Below are positions 50,623 through 59,687 of a stretch of DNA of 64,000 nt, piece by piece. The stretch spans positions 94,922 through 158,921 of the forward strand of contig LFFE01000011.1 of the NCBI GenBank assembly GCA_001510385.1, in the 5' to 3' direction. Position 1 is the stretch's first letter; each line of letters starts with the position of its first letter. The translations under genes and the position numbers were made by a program. This DNA comes from Actinobacteria bacterium casp-actino5 (lineage in GTDB: Bacteria > Actinomycetota > Acidimicrobiia > Acidimicrobiales > Ilumatobacteraceae). The notes below the pieces were generated by a model. The model did not search any database, was not told the DNA's origin, and saw only the letters and a list, made by a program, of their open reading frames with translations.

Positions 50623-51767
50623 CGTTCCCATTTCCGGTGATCAGCGCTGACTCGCATATCACCGAGCCGCCCGACTGTTACACGGCGCATATTGACCCGG
50701 CCTGGCGTGATCGTGCTCCGCATATGGTGAGTGATGAGCAACGTGGTGACATGTTTGTGATCCCTGGGATGTCACGGCCTATTGCGATGGGGTTGGTGGC
50801 GGCAGCCGGCAAGCCATCTGAAGAGTTAACGGTGTCTGGTGTTTCGTTTGATGAGTTGCATCGCTCCGGCTGGGATGCGAACTATCGAATCGCAGATCAG
50901 CAGCGCGATGGTGTGGCGGCAGAGGTGATCTATCCGACGGTTGGAATGATGATCTGCAATCATCCAGATGCTGACTTCAAGCACGCCACCTTTGCCGCGT
51001 ACAACCGGTGGATTTCGGACTACTGCTCTGTTGCCCCTGACCGTTTACTGGGTTGCGGGCAGACTGCTCTTCGAAGCGTTGAGGAGGGCATCGCTGACCT
51101 TCAACGAATCTCAGATCTGGGGCTACGCGGAGTGATGATGCCGGGTGAGCCGGCAACGTGGGCTGAAGATGGTTCTGGCGACTATGACGATCCGATGTGG
51201 GATTCGTTCTGGGAGGCAGCCATTGACCTTGGCCTTCCGCTGAGTTTTCATATTCTCACCTCGCGAGCAAGTGCCTTCGAAAGTCGGCCGCGTGGCCCTC
51301 GCATTAATGGCTTTCTTGCAATCATTCGTGGAATTCAAGACATCATGGGAACACTTATTTATGGTGGGGTGTTTGAACGTCACCCCAACTTGAGGGTGGT
51401 GTGTGTTGAGGCTGACGCCGGCTGGGTCCCGCATTACATGTATCGCATGGACCACGCATGGAAACGTCATCGCAATTGGATGGCTCCCGGTGTCGAGCTG
51501 CAGCGGTTGCCGTCGGAGTATTTCGCGGAGCACATCTACACCACATTTCAGGATGATTGGACGGCATTTCGAGTTGCCGAGCAGATGAATTGGCGGCGTT
51601 TGATGTGGGCGAATGATTTTCCACACAGCGATTCGACTTGGCCTTGGTCGCAGGAGATGCTGACCGAGCACACGGCGCATCTCACCGACGAGATGACCCA
51701 AGCGATTTTGTCTGGGAACGCTGCCGACCTGTACGGCATTGATGTTGCAGCGCTGTCAGTTGTGTGA
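50619..51767 (+). CDS. amidohydrolase_2 (ACMSD-like) family metal-dependent hydrolase
   Basis: ISADSHITEP metal-binding start, AEVIYPT, FHI, and the WANDFPHSDSTWP C-terminal motif. GTGA overlap with the preceding gene. Confidence 0.8.
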   Translation: MTFPFPVISADSHITEPPDCYTAHIDPAWRDRAPHMVSDEQRGDMFVIPGMSRPIAMGLVAAAGKPSEELTVSGVSFDELHRSGWDANYRIADQQRDGVAAEVIYPTVGMMICNHPDADFKHATFAAYNRWISDYCSVAPDRLLGCGQTALRSVEEGIADLQRISDLGLRGVMMPGEPATWAEDGSGDYDDPMWDSFWEAAIDLGLPLSFHILTSRASAFESRPRGPRINGFLAIIRGIQDIMGTLIYGGVFERHPNLRVVCVEADAGWVPHYMYRMDHAWKRHRNWMAPGVELQRLPSEYFAEHIYTTFQDDWTAFRVAEQMNWRRLMWANDFPHSDSTWPWSQEMLTEHTAHLTDEMTQAILSGNAADLYGIDVAALSVV

Positions 51768-52658
51768 TCGCGCAGAGCGGGTCGAGAATCGTTCAACGAC
51801 GATGACTAAAGCCGCAGCGATAACAACGAACACGACGGGAATGATGATGTCACCTTCGGGTGCAGCAAGTTCGGTAGTCGACGTGCCGCTTGGCCACGGC
51901 CACAGCACTCGGACTGATCCCAGCATGAGACCCACCATTGCTGCAATCACAAGGTCGTGATAATTCGTAAGTAACCAGTTCAGCAAGGTTGAGAATCCTG
52001 CAAGGCCGAGAATGCAGCCGATTCCTGTTGCGGCGAGGACAGCAAGGTTTCGATCGTTTACCGCTCCGATGATTTCGGTGTACATCCCGATCATGACGAG
52101 GATGAACGATCCGGAGATCCCGGGCAAGATCATTGCGCAGATGGCAAGGGCGCCAGCGAGAACAAATACCCAGATCGGGCGTGTCACGATCTCAGGGCCA
52201 ATTGTGTGTGTGTCAGATCGCAGTCCGAGAAGAAAGAACAGGGCCGCGCCAACGCAGATTGCGATCACGCCGTGAACCGAGGTGCGCTCTTTGATGAGTT
52301 TCCAGGCGATCACGATTGATCCTGTGACGAGGCCCATAAAGACGGCGGAAGTTCGAACTGCTTGTTCGTCGAGTAGCTGTTCGATGATGGCTGAGAGGGC
52401 TGCGATCGCAATGAGAATTCCGGCGAGAAGCGAGAGCAACCATGTCCATTCAACCGAGCGGGCCTTTGAGATGGCGCCGGCGCCATCACGAGCAAGTGTC
52501 GAACGCAATGCTGATGCTCCGCGCTGAATGTTGTCGATGAGTCGCTCGTAAATCCCTAGTACGAGAGCGACTGTTCCGCCTGAGACTCCGGGCACGATGT
52601 CCGCCGACCCCATGGCAAAGCCACGGGCAACTTGGCTGGCGATTGCGGTGAGGGGCAC
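51756..52658 (-). CDS. DUF368 family membrane protein (PopT-like putative undecaprenyl-phosphate translocase)
   Basis: Duplicated PG(V/I)SG(G/S) motif (VPGVSGGTVAL and LPGISGSFIL) in a polytopic membrane protein. Confidence 0.8.
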   Translation of the reverse strand: MPLTAIASQVARGFAMGSADIVPGVSGGTVALVLGIYERLIDNIQRGASALRSTLARDGAGAISKARSVEWTWLLSLLAGILIAIAALSAIIEQLLDEQAVRTSAVFMGLVTGSIVIAWKLIKERTSVHGVIAICVGAALFFLLGLRSDTHTIGPEIVTRPIWVFVLAGALAICAMILPGISGSFILVMIGMYTEIIGAVNDRNLAVLAATGIGCILGLAGFSTLLNWLLTNYHDLVIAAMVGLMLGSVRVLWPWPSGTSTTELAAPEGDIIIPVVFVVIAAALVIVVERFSTRSARSHN

Positions 52659-52669
52659 GAATCGAAAGG

Positions 52670-53584
52670 TTAACTTGCGGCCATTTGCGGCACGAGGACA
52701 TCAAGCAATGTTGCATCTTGTGAACCGTGAGCAATTGTCGCTTCTGCCACAGGGGGAAGAGCGATCGAGTCCCCACTTGTTAAGTGGTAGGAGGCGCCAC
52801 CGATGGCTGTGACATCAATGTCGCCATCCATGACAAAGATGAATCGGAATTCAAATGGGCTGAGTTCACAGACGCGGGACTGTTGTGACGTTCTGACTCT
52901 TCTGACTTCGACGATGCCGTTGGTGGCAGCACCAATCCCGCTGTCATCGCTCGAGAAACCGGGGTGATCCCAACCTTCTGAGAAATCACCGGGAGTCGAG
53001 AAGACGAATTGCTGTCCTCCCCAAGCGTGATCACCGTAGACCCCATTTGGAAGAGCCATCTCGTGATCGAAATTGGTGAGGTGGTCGGCGGGGCAGCCGA
53101 TTTCAATAATGTCGAATCCGGGCGATGTTGCCAGCACCCGGTGGCGGATACCAGGTGGTTGCAACACGATGTCACCCGGGTTCATTCGGATCGTGTCGCC
53201 TTGGCCTTCATAGAGCACGTCAACCCAACCGGTTCGTACTGCAAGAAATTGAAATGTGACGTCGTGATAGTGCACATCGTCGGGGATATCTCCGCCGTTC
53301 GGCACGGCAATATGAGATGCAATGAAACGTCCGTCCCATCTGCCGGGAATGAGATCTCGGTACGTCATGGAGGCTCGACCGGTGTGACCAGCATCGGAAG
53401 CTTCTGCTCGACTGACAACAATTGGAGTACGTCGAAGGCGAATGATGGCACCATCTGTTGACTGCAACGTTGCCTCGTATGGGTCATCGGCTGGCCGAAT
53501 CGTTAGGACATTCCAACCTTGCGCCCGATAGCGAGAGATTGCGTCTGGCAGATCGAGGACATCAAGTGTGTTGGATTGAGTCAT
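52670..53584 (-). CDS. cupin-domain protein of unknown function
   Basis: Cupin motifs DDVHYHDVTFQFLAVRTG and GDIVLQPPGIRHRV, plus a possible second, weaker barrel at the C-terminus. Start at the ATG at 53584, 1 nt after the cobO stop. Confidence 0.62.
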   Translation of the reverse strand: MTQSNTLDVLDLPDAISRYRAQGWNVLTIRPADDPYEATLQSTDGAIIRLRRTPIVVSRAEASDAGHTGRASMTYRDLIPGRWDGRFIASHIAVPNGGDIPDDVHYHDVTFQFLAVRTGWVDVLYEGQGDTIRMNPGDIVLQPPGIRHRVLATSPGFDIIEIGCPADHLTNFDHEMALPNGVYGDHAWGGQQFVFSTPGDFSEGWDHPGFSSDDSGIGAATNGIVEVRRVRTSQQSRVCELSPFEFRFIFVMDGDIDVTAIGGASYHLTSGDSIALPPVAEATIAHGSQDATLLDVLVPQMAAS

Positions 53585-53585
53585 A

Positions 53586-54188
53586 TCAGTAATCAATGCC
53601 ACGTTTCGCTCGAATGCCCTGAGCGTACGCATGCTTCACTTCGGTCATTTCTGTAACGGTGTCGGCCGTATCGATGAGGGCCTGTGGTGCGTCTCGGCCG
53701 GTGATGACGATGTTCACATTCTCAGGCCGCTTGCTGATGGCCGCCACTACCTCTTCGGTGTTGATCCATCCCCATGCACAAAGGTACGTGAGCTCATCAA
53801 GAATCACTAGTTGATGTTGGCCTGCCGCAATAATCGCAGCGGCTTTGGCCCATCCCTCGCGAGCAATATTTCGATCATGGTCAAGATTGTCTGAATCCCA
53901 TGTGAATCCGTCGCCAAACGAGTGCCATTCGACTCCGAGCTTGCGCCCCATTTTTTCTTCCCCGACTCGCCAATCACCGCTCTTGATGAACTGGCAGACG
54001 GCGACGTCCCAATCGACAGCAAGTCCACGAACCATCATCCCAAATGCTGAAGAGCTCTTCCCTTTTCCGTTTCCGGTGTTGAGGACTACGAGCGATGCTG
54101 CCGAACGAAGGCCGTCTGGTCGTGGGTCTTCTGTGAGGGGTTCTTCAGAGAGTCCAGCGTCGTTGGGGGGAATATTCGATTCAGACAT
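53586..54188 (-). CDS. cobO: cob(I)yrinic acid a,c-diamide / cob(I)alamin adenosyltransferase (CobO/BtuR type)
   Basis: TGNGKGKSSSAFG P-loop, LVILDELTY, ITGR, and the end of the protein EVKHAY..G..A..GIDY. Confidence 0.9.
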   Translation of the reverse strand: MSESNIPPNDAGLSEEPLTEDPRPDGLRSAASLVVLNTGNGKGKSSSAFGMMVRGLAVDWDVAVCQFIKSGDWRVGEEKMGRKLGVEWHSFGDGFTWDSDNLDHDRNIAREGWAKAAAIIAAGQHQLVILDELTYLCAWGWINTEEVVAAISKRPENVNIVITGRDAPQALIDTADTVTEMTEVKHAYAQGIRAKRGIDY

Positions 54189-54239
54189 GCCCTACTGAGC
54201 ATAGGTGTATGAACGTCGGCCTGCCCTACGCATCTTGAT

Positions 54240-54445
54240 TCGTGGTGAGTGTTGTGCGGCGTGTTATGTTCTCATTGTCACTTCGTGAGCGAAGTCCGGT
54301 GAGATTCCGGCGCTGTCCCGCAACGGTGGTTCTGGTGTGTTCCAGACGAGCCCGGTCGACCACGTAGTGCGCGATAACCACCCTCGAGGCACAGGGAGGC
54401 TCGCGGATCAGTTCGCTGGTCCAGGCCCAACTTGCGCTCCGTTTT
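54240..54445 (+). promoter_or_regulatory. cobalamin (B12) riboswitch
   Basis: Conserved core GAAGTCCGGTGAGATTCCGGCGCTGTCCCGCAACGGTGG, followed by a B12-box-like GAGCCCGGTCGACC. It lies directly upstream of a btuF-like binding protein. Boundaries are approximate. Confidence 0.8.
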
Positions 54446-54457
54446 TAGGAGACAACT

Positions 54458-55483
54458 TTGAAAAATCTTTTTCGAGCGACTTTGCTCGTTCCATTGGCCC
54501 TCGTGGCAACTTCGTGCGGCTCGTCTGAGCGTGAGACGTCGTTACAAGCCGTTGAGACAACAGTTGAGACGGCCAGCGAAGCGGTAACGAGTGGTATCGC
54601 GCCATCAAGTGACGACGTCTCGACTTCTGAAGAAGGAGATGGTGCGGCGACATCAACGGAGGTCGTTGAGATCGAAGCGTTGTTCCCCAAAGCGATCATT
54701 TCCTTGTCGCCCACCGCAACCGAAATGTTGTACGCCATTGGGGCCGGTGACCAGGTTCTCGCAGTCGATGATTTCTCGAATTTTCCAGCTGTTGCGGCTG
54801 ACAAAATGCCTGGTATCAGCGGGTACGACCCGAATGTCGAAGCGATTATCGGTTTGGGGTCGGATCTGATCATTACTGATGGCACCAATCCTGACCTTCT
54901 CGATGCCCTCGATCGGGCGGGAATTCCTCATTGGGAGGGTCCGGCAGCGGTTGGTATCGGCGACACGTTTACACAAATTCGCGAACTTGGTGAGGCAACT
55001 GGTCATATTGATGAGGCTGAGGCTCTTGTCGCACAGCTGCAGGATGACCTTGAGGCCCTGCTTGACCGCATCGACAGCCTGCCTGCGATTGAGACGCCAT
55101 TGACGTACTACCACGAACTAGATAACACCTACTATTCGGTCACAAGCGAGACCTTCATTGGCTCAACATATTCGTTGTTAGGGCTCCGCAACATTGCTGA
55201 CTTGGCCGAAGACCAGTCGTACGGGTACCCGCAACTGTCCGCTGAATTCATTCTCGATAAAGATCCAGACATCATCTTTTTGGCATGCACCCTGTACTGC
55301 GGTGAAACACCCGAATCAGTATCTGCTCGACCGGGTTGGGACGTGCTCTCGGCAGTCGCAAACGGACATGTCGTGCCCCTCAACGATGACATTGCGTCAC
55401 GATGGGGGCCTCGTACGGTTGAACACATGGCAGCGGTTGTTGGCGCTGTCGAGGCTGTCGTCGCAGCAGGCGAATCTGACTGA
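54458..55483 (+). CDS. ABC transporter periplasmic binding lipoprotein, BtuF/FhuD (cluster A-2) family, likely cobalamin
   Basis: Lipoprotein signal (LALVATSC|GSS). PBP type-2 pattern: IISLSPTATEMLYAIGAGDQVLAVD, PDIIF. TTG start 5 nt after AGGAGA. Sits behind the B12 riboswitch. Confidence 0.83.
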   Translation: MKNLFRATLLVPLALVATSCGSSERETSLQAVETTVETASEAVTSGIAPSSDDVSTSEEGDGAATSTEVVEIEALFPKAIISLSPTATEMLYAIGAGDQVLAVDDFSNFPAVAADKMPGISGYDPNVEAIIGLGSDLIITDGTNPDLLDALDRAGIPHWEGPAAVGIGDTFTQIRELGEATGHIDEAEALVAQLQDDLEALLDRIDSLPAIETPLTYYHELDNTYYSVTSETFIGSTYSLLGLRNIADLAEDQSYGYPQLSAEFILDKDPDIIFLACTLYCGETPESVSARPGWDVLSAVANGHVVPLNDDIASRWGPRTVEHMAAVVGAVEAVVAAGESD

Positions 55484-55486
55484 CCA

Positions 55487-56542
55487 ATGACTGAGCAACG
55501 GCGTGCAATCCCCGCAAAAGTGGCGTTGTCGGTGGTTGTTCTCGTTGTCGTTGCATGCGCCGGGGCGATGACCGGTCCGGCGGGGCCAGATTGGTGGCGT
55601 ATCCCGCTCGCCCTTGCTGAACGCATCCCTGGTCTTGGCGATGGTGGTCTCGGTATCTCCAGTGGTGTGACCGAACGCGAGTGGTCCATCATCTGGGATA
55701 TTCGAATGCCGCGTGTGGTGTTAGCTGGAATTGTTGGAGCGACGTTGTCGCTTGGCGGAGCGAGTTATCAAGGTGTATTCCGAAACCCATTGGTCGATCC
55801 ATATCTCCTCGGGGCAGCTGCAGGTGGCGGGCTAGGAGCAACGATCGTTATCACCACAATTGGGAGTGATCGTCTTGATTGGCTAGTTGACCCAGTGCCA
55901 CTCATTGCGTTTTTGTTTGCCCTCGGAACAGTTGCGGTGACCTATCTGGTCGGTGCTTCATTCGGCGGAATGCGAACCTCGAGCACATTGGTGCTCGCCG
56001 GTGTAGCGATGGTGTCGCTCACGACCGCAATTCAGACGTTTATTCTCCAACGAAACTCCGATGTTGTCCGTGAGGTGTACAACTGGATTCTTGGTCGCCT
56101 CGCTACCGCATCGTGGAGCGATGTAGTTCTAGTGTTGCCGTATGTTGTGCTGTCAACTGCCGTGTTGCTGTTCCACCGTCGCCATCTCGACGTGCTAAGG
56201 GTGGGCGATGAAGAGGCGGCGGCACTTGGTATTCCAGTTGGGAGAGTTCGACTTACTGTCGTCGTTGCAGCAACGCTCGGCACGGCAGCAGTTGTGGCAG
56301 TGAGTGGTCTTATCGGGTTTGTGGGTCTCGTCGTTCCTCACATGGTGAGGCTGATGGCTGGGTCGAGTTATCGAGTTGTGATGCCTCTTGTCGTCACGGT
56401 TGGAGGGGCGTTTCTCATACTCGCTGATATTCCTGGGCGGACGCTGTCGTCGCCTGCTGAAGTACCAATCGGTGTGGTCACAGCGTTCATCGGTGCACCG
56501 TTCTTCATCATCCTTCTTCGTACCCGTCAGGTCAGTCGATGA
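55487..56542 (+). CDS. FecCD/BtuC family ABC transporter permease
   Basis: RMPRVVLAGIVGATLSLGGASYQGVFRNPLVDPYLLG, and GLIGFVGLVVPH near the C-terminus. Confidence 0.9.
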   Translation: MTEQRRAIPAKVALSVVVLVVVACAGAMTGPAGPDWWRIPLALAERIPGLGDGGLGISSGVTEREWSIIWDIRMPRVVLAGIVGATLSLGGASYQGVFRNPLVDPYLLGAAAGGGLGATIVITTIGSDRLDWLVDPVPLIAFLFALGTVAVTYLVGASFGGMRTSSTLVLAGVAMVSLTTAIQTFILQRNSDVVREVYNWILGRLATASWSDVVLVLPYVVLSTAVLLFHRRHLDVLRVGDEEAAALGIPVGRVRLTVVVAATLGTAAVVAVSGLIGFVGLVVPHMVRLMAGSSYRVVMPLVVTVGGAFLILADIPGRTLSSPAEVPIGVVTAFIGAPFFIILLRTRQVSR

Positions 56543-57318
56543 GTTCAGTCGAGTTTCAGCATCTCAACGTTGAGTACGCGCGGCGACCGGTGATCCGCGA
56601 TTTCTCGATGGTTGTGCCCGCTGGCAGCTGGCTTGGATTGATCGGGCCAAATGGGGCCGGCAAGAGCACGCTCCTTCGTTCGGTAGCCGGTCTGGTGAAG
56701 TACTCAGGCGATGTCATTGTCGACGGGTCGTCGCTGTCGCTTCGGAGTCGTTCACGCCGAGCATCACTGGTTGCCTATGTGCCTCAAGAACCAGTCCTTC
56801 CCGATGAAATGACCGGCTGGGAGTACGTGCTGCTTGGTCGCAGTCCTCACATCGGCTACTTCGGTCACCCATCCAAGAACGATCGTGCGATGGTTGATGA
56901 CGTCATTGGTCGACTTGGCCTTGACGACATTGCAACTCGTCACTTGGGTGTGTTGAGCGGGGGTGAACGGCAGCGACTAGTCATTGCTCGCGCTCTCGCA
57001 ACAGAGGCACCAATTCTGCTGTTAGACGAACCAACGAGCGCTCTCGATATCGGTCATCAGCAGCAGGCGTTTGAACTTGTTGAGCGTTTGCGCCGTGAGC
57101 ACGGGTTGACGGTGATTTCAGCAATGCACGACCTCACCCTCGCGGGGATGTATAGCGATCGACTTGCCTTGTTGCATGAAGGGACAGTTGTGTCTCACGG
57201 TTCGGTTGAGGATGTGCTGTCAGCCGAAACATTGGCTGAGTTTTATGGGGTTCGTGTGACTGTTCATCGTGAGGCCGATGGCACGGTGGTTGTTATCCCA
57301 CGTCGAGAACAACTCTGA
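56539..57318 (+). CDS. ABC transporter ATP-binding protein (BtuD/FepC-like)
   Basis: Walker A GPNGAGKST, signature LSGGERQR, Walker B LLLLDEP. ATGA overlap with the permease. Confidence 0.9.
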   Translation: MSSVEFQHLNVEYARRPVIRDFSMVVPAGSWLGLIGPNGAGKSTLLRSVAGLVKYSGDVIVDGSSLSLRSRSRRASLVAYVPQEPVLPDEMTGWEYVLLGRSPHIGYFGHPSKNDRAMVDDVIGRLGLDDIATRHLGVLSGGERQRLVIARALATEAPILLLDEPTSALDIGHQQQAFELVERLRREHGLTVISAMHDLTLAGMYSDRLALLHEGTVVSHGSVEDVLSAETLAEFYGVRVTVHREADGTVVVIPRREQL

Positions 57319-57345
57319 CACCGGCGCTTCAGGCAAACTTGACGC

Positions 57346-57990
57346 ATGGCGGTCGATGAGCGACAAGTTGCGCGCGAGGTTGAAGGGTGTGTGAGTTCGC
57401 AGGTCCGACTGGTGCAGTGGCTTGAGGAGCAATCGCTGTTTGAATGCGGTCAGCCGAGCCTGCTACCTGGTTGGTCGATTGGTCACGTACTTACCCACAT
57501 TGCTCGCAATGCTGATAGCTACGTGAATTTGCTGGAGGGTAAGCCTCAATATGTAAGCGTTGAGGCCCGCAACATAGATATTGAACGAGGTGCAGCACGT
57601 CCGTGGGCTGAACAGGTCGACGACATCCGTGAGTCCTGTGACCGCTTAGCAGTCGAGTTGAGTGCCCGAGCAACCGATGTGCCTTCTTGGAATGGAACCG
57701 CGACCTTGCTGAGCGGTGTCAATGTTCCGCGGACGGTGCTTCCTCTACTTCGGTGGCGAGAGGTGGAAGTCCATTGGGTTGACCTCGGATGCGGTCATCA
57801 CCTTGAGCACCTTAACAGTCACTACTTGAGAAGTGACCTGAGGTTGTTGGAGATGTTGTGGAGAGCAAGAAGGCCGATCGGTATGACACCGCTGCATGCC
57901 GATATTTTGAAAATTCCACCACATGAGCGCCTCGGGTGGTTTCTTGGGCGTATTCAGGTCGATGGGGTTCCGCCGAGTGGACTCACCTGA
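57346..57990 (+). CDS. maleylpyruvate isomerase N-terminal (DinB-like, mycothiol-dependent) family protein
   Basis: GWSIGHVLTHIARNAD DinB/MDMPI histidine motif, and the overall TIGR03083-like layout. Confidence 0.68.
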   Translation: MAVDERQVAREVEGCVSSQVRLVQWLEEQSLFECGQPSLLPGWSIGHVLTHIARNADSYVNLLEGKPQYVSVEARNIDIERGAARPWAEQVDDIRESCDRLAVELSARATDVPSWNGTATLLSGVNVPRTVLPLLRWREVEVHWVDLGCGHHLEHLNSHYLRSDLRLLEMLWRARRPIGMTPLHADILKIPPHERLGWFLGRIQVDGVPPSGLT

Positions 57991-58001
57991 CTATGGAGCT
58001 G

Positions 58002-59687
58002 TCAATTTGACCGACTGAGCACCTGCACCGTGTTGACGAATGTGGTTAATTCGACAGACCTGGTGATGAGTTGAATCACGTCGCCGTACACACGTGCTTT
58101 CGCCTCACCAGTGTTGGCGGAGCTGAATTCGTTGAGCACTTGAGAGAGAGCGCTCCATTCGCTGGATGTGATATTCGCGAGTTGGAATCGAGGGTGCAGT
58201 TGGGGTTGTTCGACCACGTGAGTGAGTACAGAAATGGTGGTCTCCATGTTGATGAGTTCAGTGATGTCGTCGGGCGGTGTGTGATCTGCGGTAACAGCGT
58301 TGATGATGTCTGCGAGTTCTCGGCTCCCGCTGAGAGTGAGGGCGACGGTGCCCCCGATGACTGGCGCGGCGACGGTAGCAAGCGTTCCGGCAATCGAGAG
58401 TCCACTATCGAGACCAGCAAAAAAGTCTGAGCGGTGAAGCATGTCTGCGTCGTGGGCTGACCGTGCAGCTTCATCAAGTGTGCGACCGACGTCACTGATG
58501 TCGGCTAGTTGGCCGGAAAGCGTTCTTTCGAAATCAATGTTCTGGTGAATGGTCAGCTCGTCGATCGAACGTTCGATTCGCAGTTCTCGCAGATCATGTA
58601 ACGCGAGTCCCAACGCAGTCTTTGACCGATGGTCACTCAATATGGCAGCGAGAAGGGCCGAGAGCTGTTCGCGAGTGCCAATATCGATTGGTCCGCGCGG
58701 TCCGTGCGCGCGAATGATCGGGAGATCAATCGTTGATGCAAGTTGATCAAGGTCGCTGATGAGAGCGGTCGCAGCCAGTCGAGTGCCGCCGACCGACAAC
58801 TCGCCATGGCTGTCATGAATTGTTGTGAGATCCCGGAGTAATGGGCTCGCACCAGATAGGCCCATGCCGGCACACCCGGCGGCTTCAAGTGCGATCGGGC
58901 TGAGAAACGGATTGGTGACAAGATTGGCAAGTCGGCTGTAGTCATCGAATATCGATTGCACGACGCTCGGGTGACCGGCTGAGGCGAGGAGGAGCGCATC
59001 GAGTGCGATGTGTTCAGCGACAGGATCGACACCACCGACCCGATCAACACTTGCCGGTGCCGTAAGCGTCAGGAGTGCAGATCGAAGAGCGCTGTCTCCA
59101 AGTTGCGGAGCGACCTCACCGAGCAGACGGGCAACGTGCTGATCGCTTTGGGCTCGGCGAGCAAATGCCTCAGCGAGTCTGGTCGTGCGATCGTGTGTCA
59201 TGGCGGCAGCGAGTAAACCCGTCATTGCAGCAGACCGAGTAGAGACTGCTTGTTGGAGCAGCATCGCCCAATCCGAAGCGGGGTGACCAAGGTCGCTGTT
59301 CGCAAGGCCGAGGTCAATCTGGTTCTGGTCGATGTGAGCGGTGAGTGCCCTTGTCACATTCTCATTGATTCCGCCTTGGGCAATTCTGTTGGTGAGGGCA
59401 GCGAGTTCTTCTGGGTGGGTGCTGAATCGAAATGTTGGGGTTGTGACAGCGAGTTGACGCCCGAGGGTGGCAGATTCCCATCGGTGCCAGCCGTCAAAGG
59501 TCACGATGCGATCGATCGCAATGATCAGATCGTCGGTGATGACTCTGCGCAGCGATGTTGCAATCACTTGGGAAGAGTCACTCAGGGGTATCGATGTGTG
59601 GTCAAGATGCGTGAGAACATCGATCAGCATGGATCGAATAGTTGAGAGTCGCGCCGGGTCGACCCAACCTGAGATGTTGCTTGTCAC
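58002..59687 (-). CDS. hypothetical protein (~561 aa), no recognisable domain
   Basis: Long uninterrupted ORF with codon usage like its neighbours. Predicted helical, acidic and Lys-poor. One Gly/Ala-rich hydrophobic stretch (GLSIAGTLATVAAPVIGGTVALTL, residues ~430-453). The GTG start at 59687 forms a GTGA overlap with the upstream small ORF (the ORF-track TTG is at 59690). Confidence 0.62.
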   Translation of the reverse strand: MTSNISGWVDPARLSTIRSMLIDVLTHLDHTSIPLSDSSQVIATSLRRVITDDLIIAIDRIVTFDGWHRWESATLGRQLAVTTPTFRFSTHPEELAALTNRIAQGGINENVTRALTAHIDQNQIDLGLANSDLGHPASDWAMLLQQAVSTRSAAMTGLLAAAMTHDRTTRLAEAFARRAQSDQHVARLLGEVAPQLGDSALRSALLTLTAPASVDRVGGVDPVAEHIALDALLLASAGHPSVVQSIFDDYSRLANLVTNPFLSPIALEAAGCAGMGLSGASPLLRDLTTIHDSHGELSVGGTRLAATALISDLDQLASTIDLPIIRAHGPRGPIDIGTREQLSALLAAILSDHRSKTALGLALHDLRELRIERSIDELTIHQNIDFERTLSGQLADISDVGRTLDEAARSAHDADMLHRSDFFAGLDSGLSIAGTLATVAAPVIGGTVALTLSGSRELADIINAVTADHTPPDDITELINMETTISVLTHVVEQPQLHPRFQLANITSSEWSALSQVLNEFSSANTGEAKARVYGDVIQLITRSVELTTFVNTVQVLSRSN

